DNA of 42,510 nt from an uncultured Candidatus Saccharibacteria bacterium (GTDB taxonomy: Bacteria; Patescibacteriota; Minisyncoccia; Phycocordibacterales; UBA9973). Below are positions 7,514-15,527 of the stretch, piece by piece (position 1 is the stretch's first letter; every line of letters starts with the position of its first letter). Where the stretch lies: assembly GCA_964356875.1 (NCBI GenBank), contig CAYHIX010000002.1, positions 1 to 42,510 of the forward strand, written 5' to 3'. Below the pieces are notes generated by a model, which was given only the letters and a program-made list of their open reading frames with translations, searched no databases and was not told the DNA's origin. The position numbers and the translations under genes are program-made.

Positions 7514-7639
7514 ATGGCAAAAAGAAACACAACACTAAGTATCCGCCCAAAGTCTCGTCGTTCACACAAGACTAAAAAGCGACTTGTAACAAAGAAGGCA
7601 ACTCTGGCTAAGAAAGTTACTAAGAAGAAGTACAAATAA
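7514..7639 (+). CDS. Small, highly basic protein (41 aa), absent from the ORF track (below its size cut-off)
   Basis: MAKRNTTLSIRPKSRRSHKTKKRLVTKKATLAKKVTKKKYK. It has a dedicated promoter, a purine-rich SD (CGGGGAAAA) upstream, and a stop 5 nt before the next ATG. Confidence 0.55.
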   Translation: MAKRNTTLSIRPKSRRSHKTKKRLVTKKATLAKKVTKKKYK

Positions 7640-7644
7640 TATTT

Positions 7645-8319
7645 ATGGAAAACATTAAAATTTACGGAAAATTCAGCCTAGCGGTAGCATTACTTGTATT
7701 TTCAGTAGTGTTCTATTTTGCTGCAAGCAATTTCTCAAATCAAGGAGCATACGTAGAAGTCAAAGGTCTGTCAGAGAGGATCGTCAAAGCTGATGTAGCC
7801 ATATGGTCTATGAACTTCGAAGTTAAATCCAACGACGTTGATTCTCTATATGCTAGCATTGATAAGAACACCAAAGCAGTCACAACTTTCCTAAAAGAAA
7901 AAGGATTTGAAGATGCTGAGATAAATATCGCTCCTGTAAATATATACCAAGATACATATACTGGCTCACTCTTTAGATATAACTCTACCACTCAACTATC
8001 TGTGTATACCAAAAAAGTTGATCTAGTAAAATCTGCTTCTCGTGATACTCTATCACTTGTAAAACAAGGAGTGACTTTTAATCAAAATTCTATCGAATTT
8101 CAGTTTTCTGATATAAACAGTATTAAGCCAGAAATGCTTGCTGAAGCTATAAAGAATGCTAAAGACTCCGCACAGCAATTTGCAACAGAGTCAAACTCTA
8201 AGCTAGGGTCTATATCTCGAGGGAACCAAGGCGTGTTTGATATCTCTGAAAAAGATCCAGGAAGCCCTGAATTCAAAAAGATTCGCGTGGTATCTAGTTT
8301 GAGATTCCTCCTAAACTAA
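7645..8319 (+). CDS. SIMPL/DUF541-like membrane-anchored protein
   Basis: N-terminal TM. Overall length and the YVEVKGLSE...KADVAIWSMNFEV start fit SIMPL-domain proteins. Tentative. Confidence 0.5.
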   Translation: MENIKIYGKFSLAVALLVFSVVFYFAASNFSNQGAYVEVKGLSERIVKADVAIWSMNFEVKSNDVDSLYASIDKNTKAVTTFLKEKGFEDAEINIAPVNIYQDTYTGSLFRYNSTTQLSVYTKKVDLVKSASRDTLSLVKQGVTFNQNSIEFQFSDINSIKPEMLAEAIKNAKDSAQQFATESNSKLGSISRGNQGVFDISEKDPGSPEFKKIRVVSSLRFLLN

Positions 8320-9563
8320 AACTGAGAAATATCTCTAGGATAAAATAAGTTTATAGTCCAATCAAAGGCAACTCTGAATTTTTTCCTGAGTGATATTAAT
8401 TTAAAAAGATATACTGTCCTCCAGAACCACCAGGCTATGCGTCCAGAAAATGTAAAACCAGATACTTCGCCGACAGCCATCCACTCTCCGAGGGAGACCA
8501 AGGTCCCACTACTTTTATAATTAAATGGCATCAAAGCCTTGTTTCTTATTAGTTTTTCTATGTTGTTTGCAGCATACAAGGCTTGTTTTTCTGCGACTTG
8601 AGCAAGAGCTGGGAAATACTGATCAGTTTTTTTGTCTTTTAATAGGGCTATGTCTCCAATCGCAAAGATTTCGGAATTGTCTTTGAGTTGTAGGTATTCA
8701 TTTATTATTAGGTGCCCCAAGGGAGACTGTTCTACTTGTTTGTCAAAATTAAGTGCATTTGGTTTGATCCCAGCCACCCAGATTACTGTTTCTGTGGGTA
8801 TTTCTGTGTCATCGCCTAGTTTTACGAAGTCAGCACCTATTTCTTTGACTTCTGTGTTTAGAATAACTTTTACTCCTTTTTGTCTCAAAACCTCGAGGCT
8901 TTTTTGACGCATTTTGGCCCCAAACTGTGGTGTGAGCTCAGATGCTTTTTGGATTAAAATTACTGAAGATTCACTTATCAACTCCTTAGAATAATAATGA
9001 GAGAAATTTTCAGTTATTAATTCTTGTATTTCAGCTGCTAGCTCTACTCCAGTAGGTCCACCACCGACTATAACAAAAGACAATTTCCTTTTTTGTTCTA
9101 TTTTATCTTTAGCATGTAGAGCGCACTCCATCTTGATGAGACATTGATTTTTTATATTTATCGCGTCTTCAAGGGATTTGAGTGAAAAAGAATTTTCTGC
9201 GGCACCTTTCGTATTGTAAAAGTTTGTCTGTGCTCCTGGGGCGAGTACTAGGTAGTCATAGCTCAACTCTATACCGCGAAAACCCACAGTTTTATTTGTA
9301 GTATTTATGAGTTCAGCTTTTCCTAGATAGAAATTCTTTAAACAGCATCCAAGTATCGTACGAATAGGCTCTATGATGTTGCCCGCATTTATCCCCCCAG
9401 TAGCTACTTCGTGGAGAAGAGGGGTAAATAAAAAGTAATTCTTCTCGCCGATCATGCTGATCTCGATATTTTTATTTTTATGAAAAATTTTATGTAGGTT
9501 TTTTAGAGTGTATACACCACCAAATCCACTACCTATTATTAGTATTTTTATCGGATGCGCCAT
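8316..9563 (-). CDS. ndh: Type II NADH dehydrogenase / FAD-dependent pyridine nucleotide-disulfide oxidoreductase
   Basis: ILIIGSGFGGV (FAD GxGxxG), FVIVGGGPTGVELAAE (NAD GxGxxG) and FAIGDIA motifs. Confidence 0.85.
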   Translation of the reverse strand: MAHPIKILIIGSGFGGVYTLKNLHKIFHKNKNIEISMIGEKNYFLFTPLLHEVATGGINAGNIIEPIRTILGCCLKNFYLGKAELINTTNKTVGFRGIELSYDYLVLAPGAQTNFYNTKGAAENSFSLKSLEDAINIKNQCLIKMECALHAKDKIEQKRKLSFVIVGGGPTGVELAAEIQELITENFSHYYSKELISESSVILIQKASELTPQFGAKMRQKSLEVLRQKGVKVILNTEVKEIGADFVKLGDDTEIPTETVIWVAGIKPNALNFDKQVEQSPLGHLIINEYLQLKDNSEIFAIGDIALLKDKKTDQYFPALAQVAEKQALYAANNIEKLIRNKALMPFNYKSSGTLVSLGEWMAVGEVSGFTFSGRIAWWFWRTVYLFKLISLRKKFRVAFDWTINLFYPRDISQF

Positions 9564-9600
9564 GCTTTATTATAACATTTTTAAATGATATTATTATTTA

Positions 9601-10209
9601 GTGAATGAGACCATTGAATTACTTCGATTATTCATAATCGAATACAAATCATACGAATACATAATTATATTTTTCGGAGCTTTGCTTGGCGGGGAGATAG
9701 CTCTGTTTGCTCTTGGCTTTTTGTCTTCTCAGGGCTTTTTATCAATATATCCTGTTATCTTTCTGAGTTTTTTTGGGGCTTTGATACCTAATATTTTATG
9801 GTTTTTGATTGGTAAAACTAAAACCACTAGTAATATTTTACTGCATCGGTATACTAGCCCTACTGTGTCAGTCCTCACTGAGTCTATAGAAAAGATGAGT
9901 AGAGGGAACCACTTTATTGCAATAATAATAATAAAATTTGTTGTAGGCACTCCATTTATCTTGACTACATATGTGCATAAAACAAATATAGGTTTTAAGA
10001 AATTTATCTATTATCAGATGGGTGCGATCGCTTTGTCAATGCTGGTAATTATGCCACTTGGTTTTATTTCTGGCCTTGGGTTTATATACTTAATTCAAAT
10101 ATTTGATAATTTATACGCAGCATTAGGTTTTCTGTTATTACTATTAATAACTATTATGATATTGAAATCTTTAATACAAAATTCACTTACAAAAAACATA
10201 AATTTATGA
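9601..10209 (+). CDS. DedA/SNARE-associated-like membrane protein (GTG start, TGA stop)
   Basis: Multi-TM protein with FFGALLGGEIALFALGFL and LWFLIGK segments. The family call is tentative. Confidence 0.5.
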   Translation: MNETIELLRLFIIEYKSYEYIIIFFGALLGGEIALFALGFLSSQGFLSIYPVIFLSFFGALIPNILWFLIGKTKTTSNILLHRYTSPTVSVLTESIEKMSRGNHFIAIIIIKFVVGTPFILTTYVHKTNIGFKKFIYYQMGAIALSMLVIMPLGFISGLGFIYLIQIFDNLYAALGFLLLLLITIMILKSLIQNSLTKNINL

Positions 10210-10223
10210 TATAGTGTAAGTAT

Positions 10224-10622
10224 ATGCAAATAAATCTATTAACTAAAAATATCGAGTTAACAAATGCTATAAAGGATCATGTTTTAAAAAGAGTGACCAA
10301 TCTAGAAAAATTACTCTCTGGTATTGAAAAGCATGGAGGAGAAGTACATGTGCACTTTGAAGTGGGTAAGAGTACTAACCACCACAAAGGCGGAGAGATA
10401 TTTCATGCGGACTGTCTGATAAAAATGGAAGGCAAAGAGTTTTATTCTAGTGCTGACGAAGAAGATCTGTATGTCGCTATTGATAAAGTAAAGGAAAGCC
10501 TTTTCAGAGAAATAAATAAAAACAAAGACCGCAAGCAGACTCTATTCAAACGTGGAGCATCGAGTGTAAAAAAAATGATGAAGGGGATATCCAAACGTAA
10601 TCCTTTTACTTCTAAATATTAG
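10224..10622 (+). CDS. hpf: Ribosome hibernation-promoting factor (RaiA/HPF family)
   Basis: MQINLLTKNIELTNAIKDHVLKRV...LYVAIDKVKESL is typical of the S30AE/HPF fold. Confidence 0.8.
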   Translation: MQINLLTKNIELTNAIKDHVLKRVTNLEKLLSGIEKHGGEVHVHFEVGKSTNHHKGGEIFHADCLIKMEGKEFYSSADEEDLYVAIDKVKESLFREINKNKDRKQTLFKRGASSVKKMMKGISKRNPFTSKY

Positions 10623-11442
10623 ATTTTTGGAAAATTTCAAAGTCCATTTCTTTCTTACCTTCAGGGATTACTTTTTTTATTACAAATTTACCATCTTCTA
10701 GTTTTGCATCAGTGATGATGACTCTTTTGTCTCCTTGGAAAAAGAAAACACGAGGCCAGGGAGTATAAGCCCTAAATTTGTTATAGTTTTTTATAGTATC
10801 ATCATTGAGATCTATTAAACCATCTTCTTTTTTAATTTTCTTACAGTATGTAGCTTGAGATTCATCTTGGATTGTTTCTTTTGTAGTTCCTTCTATAATA
10901 CTTGGTAATATGTCCACTAACAGATGACCACCAATTTGTATTAAGCGATTTCGGAGTTCTGTTGTATTTTCTGTGCTATCAATCTCGACTTTCTCTAGTG
11001 CGATGATATTACCTTTATCTAATTCAAATTTCATTTTCTGTATTGCCACACCAGTTTCAGTATCCCCATTTAATATAGCAGCTTCGACTGGGGACGCTCC
11101 TCTGTATTTAGGTAGCAAAGAGTAGTGAATGTTTATAGATCCATAAGTAGGGAGATTAAGTATTTCTTCGGGAATTATTTTACCGTAAGCTACAACTATA
11201 AATAAATCAGCATTTATCTCTAGCTCTTTTGTAGTTAGTTTTTCTGGTTGGATATAAGGGATATTGTTTTCTGTAGCCCAGATTTTTACAGGAGTTTCCT
11301 GAATTAGCATGTTTCTACCACTTGGTTTATCTGGAGCTGTTACTACCAAAGAAGGTAGGTAGCCTTTCTCTTTTAAAATATCCAGAGTTTGAGATGATAC
11401 TTCCGGTGTTCCAAAAAATACAAAATTTAATTTATTATTCAT
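10612..11442 (-). CDS. fmt: Methionyl-tRNA formyltransferase (short form)
   Basis: FFGTPE...PDKPSGR...INIHYSLLPKYRGASPV motifs. Confidence 0.9.
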   Translation of the reverse strand: MNNKLNFVFFGTPEVSSQTLDILKEKGYLPSLVVTAPDKPSGRNMLIQETPVKIWATENNIPYIQPEKLTTKELEINADLFIVVAYGKIIPEEILNLPTYGSINIHYSLLPKYRGASPVEAAILNGDTETGVAIQKMKFELDKGNIIALEKVEIDSTENTTELRNRLIQIGGHLLVDILPSIIEGTTKETIQDESQATYCKKIKKEDGLIDLNDDTIKNYNKFRAYTPWPRVFFFQGDKRVIITDAKLEDGKFVIKKVIPEGKKEMDFEIFQKSNI

Positions 11443-11445
11443 AGG

Positions 11446-11994
11446 TTAGCTTGGCGGTTCGTCTTTTATGTCTTTCGCATGGTCGATAAATAATATTCCA
11501 TTTAGGTGATCTGTCTCATGTTGGAAAATCTGAGCAAGTAAGCCTGATGCCCCTCGAGTGAATTTGTTACCATCTTCATCATAAGCAGTTGCGGTAGCTT
11601 TTTTTGATCTGCGTACTTTTCCGTAAAGCCAGCGAACAGAGAGACACCCCTCAGCTAGCCATTCCTTGTCTCTTGAAAGTTTGGATATTTTTGGGTTGAT
11701 AAAAATGAGGTCTGGAATCTTTTTAACCTCTTCTTCGTTTTCTTCTTCTTTTAATATTTCCTCAGTGCCACCTCTCACGAAATTTTTAGAAAAAATCTTT
11801 CCTGAGACAAGAAATATTCTAAAAGAGTATCCGATCTGTGGAGCTGCAATAGCCACTCCATCGCTCTGGCTAGCTAGTGCGACAGACATCTCCTTCAAGA
11901 TTTTTTTTATCTTAGGTGTTTTTATGGCAGACAAAGGCACTTCCTTGGCAATTTCTCTAAGTACTTTCTCCTTTTGTTGAAGAATCTTCTTCAT
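11446..11994 (-). CDS. def: Peptide deformylase
   Basis: GVAIAAPQIG, EGCLSV and HETDHLNG motifs. An acidic insert (EEILKEEENEEEVKK) lies between motifs 1 and 2. Confidence 0.9.
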   Translation of the reverse strand: MKKILQQKEKVLREIAKEVPLSAIKTPKIKKILKEMSVALASQSDGVAIAAPQIGYSFRIFLVSGKIFSKNFVRGGTEEILKEEENEEEVKKIPDLIFINPKISKLSRDKEWLAEGCLSVRWLYGKVRRSKKATATAYDEDGNKFTRGASGLLAQIFQHETDHLNGILFIDHAKDIKDEPPS

Positions 11995-12006
11995 AATTTA
12001 TTTAAA

Positions 12007-13317
12007 TTAAAGCTCTTTTAAGTATTCTAGAAGTTTTGGAAGTTTGACCGTGTCTTGTGACCTGTTGCTCATGTTTCGAACTATTACAGAATTCTCTAAA
12101 GCTTCTTTTACTCCAAAGATAATAGCGTAGGGGATAGCAAGCTTTTCCGCGATAGCCAGCTGAGAGCCTAGAGAATCCTTGGATAATGACTGCGCTATAG
12201 GTATGTGCGCTTTTCGTAATATTTCTATAATGTTTAAGCTTTTTAATTTTGCTTCAGAACCTAACTGAATAAAGTAAATTTTTGGTTTCTTTAAAATTCT
12301 TGGGGCAAGCTTTTTGTACCAAGGAGATGAAACTATACGATCTACTCCGATAGAGAAACCGACAGCAGGGACATCTTTTTTGTGACCAATTTGTTTTGCT
12401 AGATAGTCATATCGTCCACCACCAGCGAGTGCAAGCGGGGAAGCGCCTTCTTCTGTTACGTTTGTTTCTAAAACTTCAAAAACTGTACGAGTGTAATAAG
12501 AAAGTCCTCGCACTAGGTTTTTATTTATATTATATTGTATTCCCATTTCTTCTAAATATTCCAATACTTCTTTGAAGTGTTTCTTGCAAGCAGGGCAGAG
12601 GAATGAGATAGAATCAGGAGCGCCTTCGTTTATCTCTTTAGTTTTTTCTTCTTTGGAATCAAGGATCCTAAGAGGGTTACTCTTTAGTCTTTCTCTGTCT
12701 ATAGCAGGGAGACTGCTTAGATTTTTCTTGTAGTAATTTGTAAGTTCTTTTATGTAAGAATTTCTGCATTCTTTGTCACCGATAGAGTTTATATCTATAG
12801 ATAAGTTTGAAGCACCTGCTTCCTCCATGATGCTGATACAAGTCTTTATGACTATCGCATCCATGATACTTTTTTCACTACCGAGAGCATCTACATCAAA
12901 CTGCCAAAATTGTCTGTATCTACCTCTCTGTGGCTTGTCGTGTCTGAAGACTGGTCCATAATGATAGAGCATCACTGGCTGAGGCATACTCTGCATGCCG
13001 TGCTCTACATATGCACGCATGACAGGGGCTGTGTGCTCTGGTAGGAGAGCCAGGTGGTCGCCACCTTTTGTTTTAAGCGTGTACATTTCCTTGTCTATGA
13101 TATCTGTACCTTCTCCAATACTAGAAGTGAATATTTCTTCGTTTTCTATAATATGAGTCGAAATAGGTTTGAATCCATAATACACAGCGACCTCTTGGGC
13201 TTTTTCAAAAAAACCTTGGAAAGCATAATATTCTTCGTTCATCAGATCTCTCATTCCTTTTGGGGAGGAGATATCTCGTACCTTTGCTTTTGTGGTTTTG
13301 GATCCTGGTTTCTTCAT
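12007..13317 (-). CDS. hisS: Histidine--tRNA ligase
   Basis: GMRDL, FRHDKPQRGRYRQFWQ and GGGRYD class II / HisRS motifs. Confidence 0.9.
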   Translation of the reverse strand: MKKPGSKTTKAKVRDISSPKGMRDLMNEEYYAFQGFFEKAQEVAVYYGFKPISTHIIENEEIFTSSIGEGTDIIDKEMYTLKTKGGDHLALLPEHTAPVMRAYVEHGMQSMPQPVMLYHYGPVFRHDKPQRGRYRQFWQFDVDALGSEKSIMDAIVIKTCISIMEEAGASNLSIDINSIGDKECRNSYIKELTNYYKKNLSSLPAIDRERLKSNPLRILDSKEEKTKEINEGAPDSISFLCPACKKHFKEVLEYLEEMGIQYNINKNLVRGLSYYTRTVFEVLETNVTEEGASPLALAGGGRYDYLAKQIGHKKDVPAVGFSIGVDRIVSSPWYKKLAPRILKKPKIYFIQLGSEAKLKSLNIIEILRKAHIPIAQSLSKDSLGSQLAIAEKLAIPYAIIFGVKEALENSVIVRNMSNRSQDTVKLPKLLEYLKEL

Positions 13318-13331
13318 ATATTTTTTATCAA

Positions 13332-13895
13332 TTAAGATTCTATTTGTTTATAATTTCCTGGGAATATGTCTATGTTATTAAAAGGCATTAATCTAAGGAA
13401 TGCTCTACCTACAAAGAGGTCTCTCTCTACTGGTCCCCAGTATCTAGAGTCCGAGCTGGCTGTCCTATTATCTCCCATGACAAAGTATTCGTTTTCTTTT
13501 AATACAAAATGCGCTTGGTCATCTGACATATTCTTTACATATGGTTCTTCTAGTATAAATCCGTTCTTATGAGTTCCGTTTGTTATTGTAATTTCACTAC
13601 CACTAATATCTACGGTGTCACCTGGTAAGCCGATAACTCTTTTTATGAAATATTTCGTGGTATCGTTTGGGTATTTAAAAACGACCACATCGTCTCTTTT
13701 TGGATTTCCTATTTCATATGAGAATTTGTCTACTATTAAATAGTCGGCATTTTCAAAAGTAGGGAACATGGAAGAACCTGAGACGACGAACGGCTCGATG
13801 ATAAACAGCCTAATAGGTACAACTATCAAGAGAGCTATAACTGCAAAACGTACAAGTTCTAAAATAGATTGCTTCAATGTTTTTTCTTCTTCCAT
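13332..13895 (-). CDS. lepB: Signal peptidase I
   Basis: SGSSMFPT (catalytic Ser), KRVIGLPGD (catalytic Lys box) and GDNRTASSDSR. Confidence 0.9.
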   Translation of the reverse strand: MEEEKTLKQSILELVRFAVIALLIVVPIRLFIIEPFVVSGSSMFPTFENADYLIVDKFSYEIGNPKRDDVVVFKYPNDTTKYFIKRVIGLPGDTVDISGSEITITNGTHKNGFILEEPYVKNMSDDQAHFVLKENEYFVMGDNRTASSDSRYWGPVERDLFVGRAFLRLMPFNNIDIFPGNYKQIES

Positions 13896-14001
13896 GGCTA
13901 TAATATATCACACAATATCCTTGACAGCATATCAAATAATGTTTCTTAATAAGATTTTGCTTTATTTGCTTTCAGTTCTAACGAAGTGTTAATATCTAAT
14001 T

Positions 14002-14529
14002 ATGAAATTAATTGTAGGGCTAGGAAACCCTGGCGAAGAATATGAAAACACCAGACATAATGCTGGGCGTATTTTAGTTCAAATACTAGAAAAGAAACTA
14101 AAAGAACAAAAGGTAAAATTTATCACTCCTGATACCTTTATGAATAATTCCGGTAAGGCTGTAAAGCCATTTGTGAAAACAAAAAAAGATTTGGAAAATC
14201 TTATCGTTGTCTATGATGACATAGATCTACCTCTTGGGAAGATAAAAATATCTTTCGATAAATCTTCTGGTGGGCATAATGGTCTCGAGTCCATAATAAA
14301 TCATCTGAAGTCTAGAGAATTTGTGCGTATCAGGATAGGCATAGCTCCTACGACCCCATCTGGGAAAATGAAAAAACCAACTGGAGAAAAGGCAGTACTT
14401 AATTTCCTCCTCGGAGAATTCAAAAAACCAGAATTAGAAAAAATCAAAAAACTAAGCAAAACTATAAGTGAAGCTTGCGAGATGGTATTTACCGAAGGCA
14501 AAGACAAGGCAATGAGTCTGTATAACTAG
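14002..14529 (+). CDS. pth: Peptidyl-tRNA hydrolase
   Basis: LIVGLGNPG..Y..TRHNAG at the N-terminus and a GGHNGL motif. Confidence 0.9.
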   Translation: MKLIVGLGNPGEEYENTRHNAGRILVQILEKKLKEQKVKFITPDTFMNNSGKAVKPFVKTKKDLENLIVVYDDIDLPLGKIKISFDKSSGGHNGLESIINHLKSREFVRIRIGIAPTTPSGKMKKPTGEKAVLNFLLGEFKKPELEKIKKLSKTISEACEMVFTEGKDKAMSLYN

Positions 14530-14535
14530 ATATTT

Positions 14536-15270
14536 ATGGAGAAATTCAGTGACGTAAATAATAATAACGAAAATAAGAAGGGTAAATCTTATAAGATAGA
14601 ACACTTAAATAATTTTGATGTAATTGTAAATTTAGACTATCCAAATAAAGAATATCTAAGTACTTTATTGGAAGCATTGAAAAATCACACCATTGAGGAA
14701 ATGAGAAGAGATGATGTTTTTATGACACATTTTTTTATCAAAGAAAATTTCGAAGAAAGTATTAAGGCTCACGTTGATTTTAATACTGGACGTAGTGTGA
14801 GTGATCCGATAAGTGAACATTATAAAGATGATTTTAATATGAGGGCTAGGTACAATATGGTTTCTGCTTTAAATGAAATAGTTATTTCTCCGAAAGTAAA
14901 AAAAGTAGTTGAGTCTCCTCAGTTTCAAGAAGTTGTAAAAAGATCTGGGTGCTTCGCTGGAGTTATGTTTTGCGAACCCATTTTATCAGCCATAGTTAAC
15001 AAACCTGAAAATAAATATAATAATAAATATAGTTTTTATGAAAAAATAAACATAGATCCAGCCTCTTCGGTGAGTACACCAATGCCGTCCGTTGATGATA
15101 TTCGAGAGATGAGAAAAATTTTTTTCCAAAATAATATTTTCCCGCATGATTTAAATTTAAAGCAATTTATGATCACTAGACATCAGGGTAAGCCATATCT
15201 AGTTTTGATAGATATTGAAGCATATGAAGAGATAAAAAGTAGAAAGATAAATGCATCACCCAAGGAGTAA
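14536..15270 (+). CDS. Hypothetical protein, possibly a degenerate kinase-like fold (244 aa)
   Basis: ORF track. The C-terminal PHDLNLKQFMI...YLVLIDIEAYE loosely resembles HxDLxxxN...IDxE of Kdo/RIO/APH-type kinases. No P-loop recognised. Confidence 0.4.
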   Translation: MEKFSDVNNNNENKKGKSYKIEHLNNFDVIVNLDYPNKEYLSTLLEALKNHTIEEMRRDDVFMTHFFIKENFEESIKAHVDFNTGRSVSDPISEHYKDDFNMRARYNMVSALNEIVISPKVKKVVESPQFQEVVKRSGCFAGVMFCEPILSAIVNKPENKYNNKYSFYEKINIDPASSVSTPMPSVDDIREMRKIFFQNNIFPHDLNLKQFMITRHQGKPYLVLIDIEAYEEIKSRKINASPKE

Positions 15271-15522
15271 TTATTTATTTTCTTGGTTCTGTTTCTGTAT
15301 TTTTTTTATTATTTCCCATAATTTTTCTTCTTCTTTGCTGAGTTTTCCTCCTTTGATTTTATTTAATTCTAGAAAAAGTTTAGTAGCCTCATTTACATCA
15401 CCAGTATTAAAAGCACCATTTATTGCTTTTGAGTAAAATACTTTCAGTTTTTCTTCTAGATCACTTAAAATAGAATCTTTAAGTTTTTCAATTAATTCAT
15501 TACTAGTTGGTATTTTTTCCAT
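15271..15522 (-). CDS. Small helical hypothetical protein (83 aa), distal gene of the dnaE transcription unit
   Basis: Starts 5 nt downstream of the dnaE stop on the same strand. Lys/Glu-rich. No family recognised. Confidence 0.45.
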   Translation of the reverse strand: MEKIPTSNELIEKLKDSILSDLEEKLKVFYSKAINGAFNTGDVNEATKLFLELNKIKGGKLSKEEEKLWEIIKKIQKQNQENK

Positions 15523-15527
15523 AGGTT

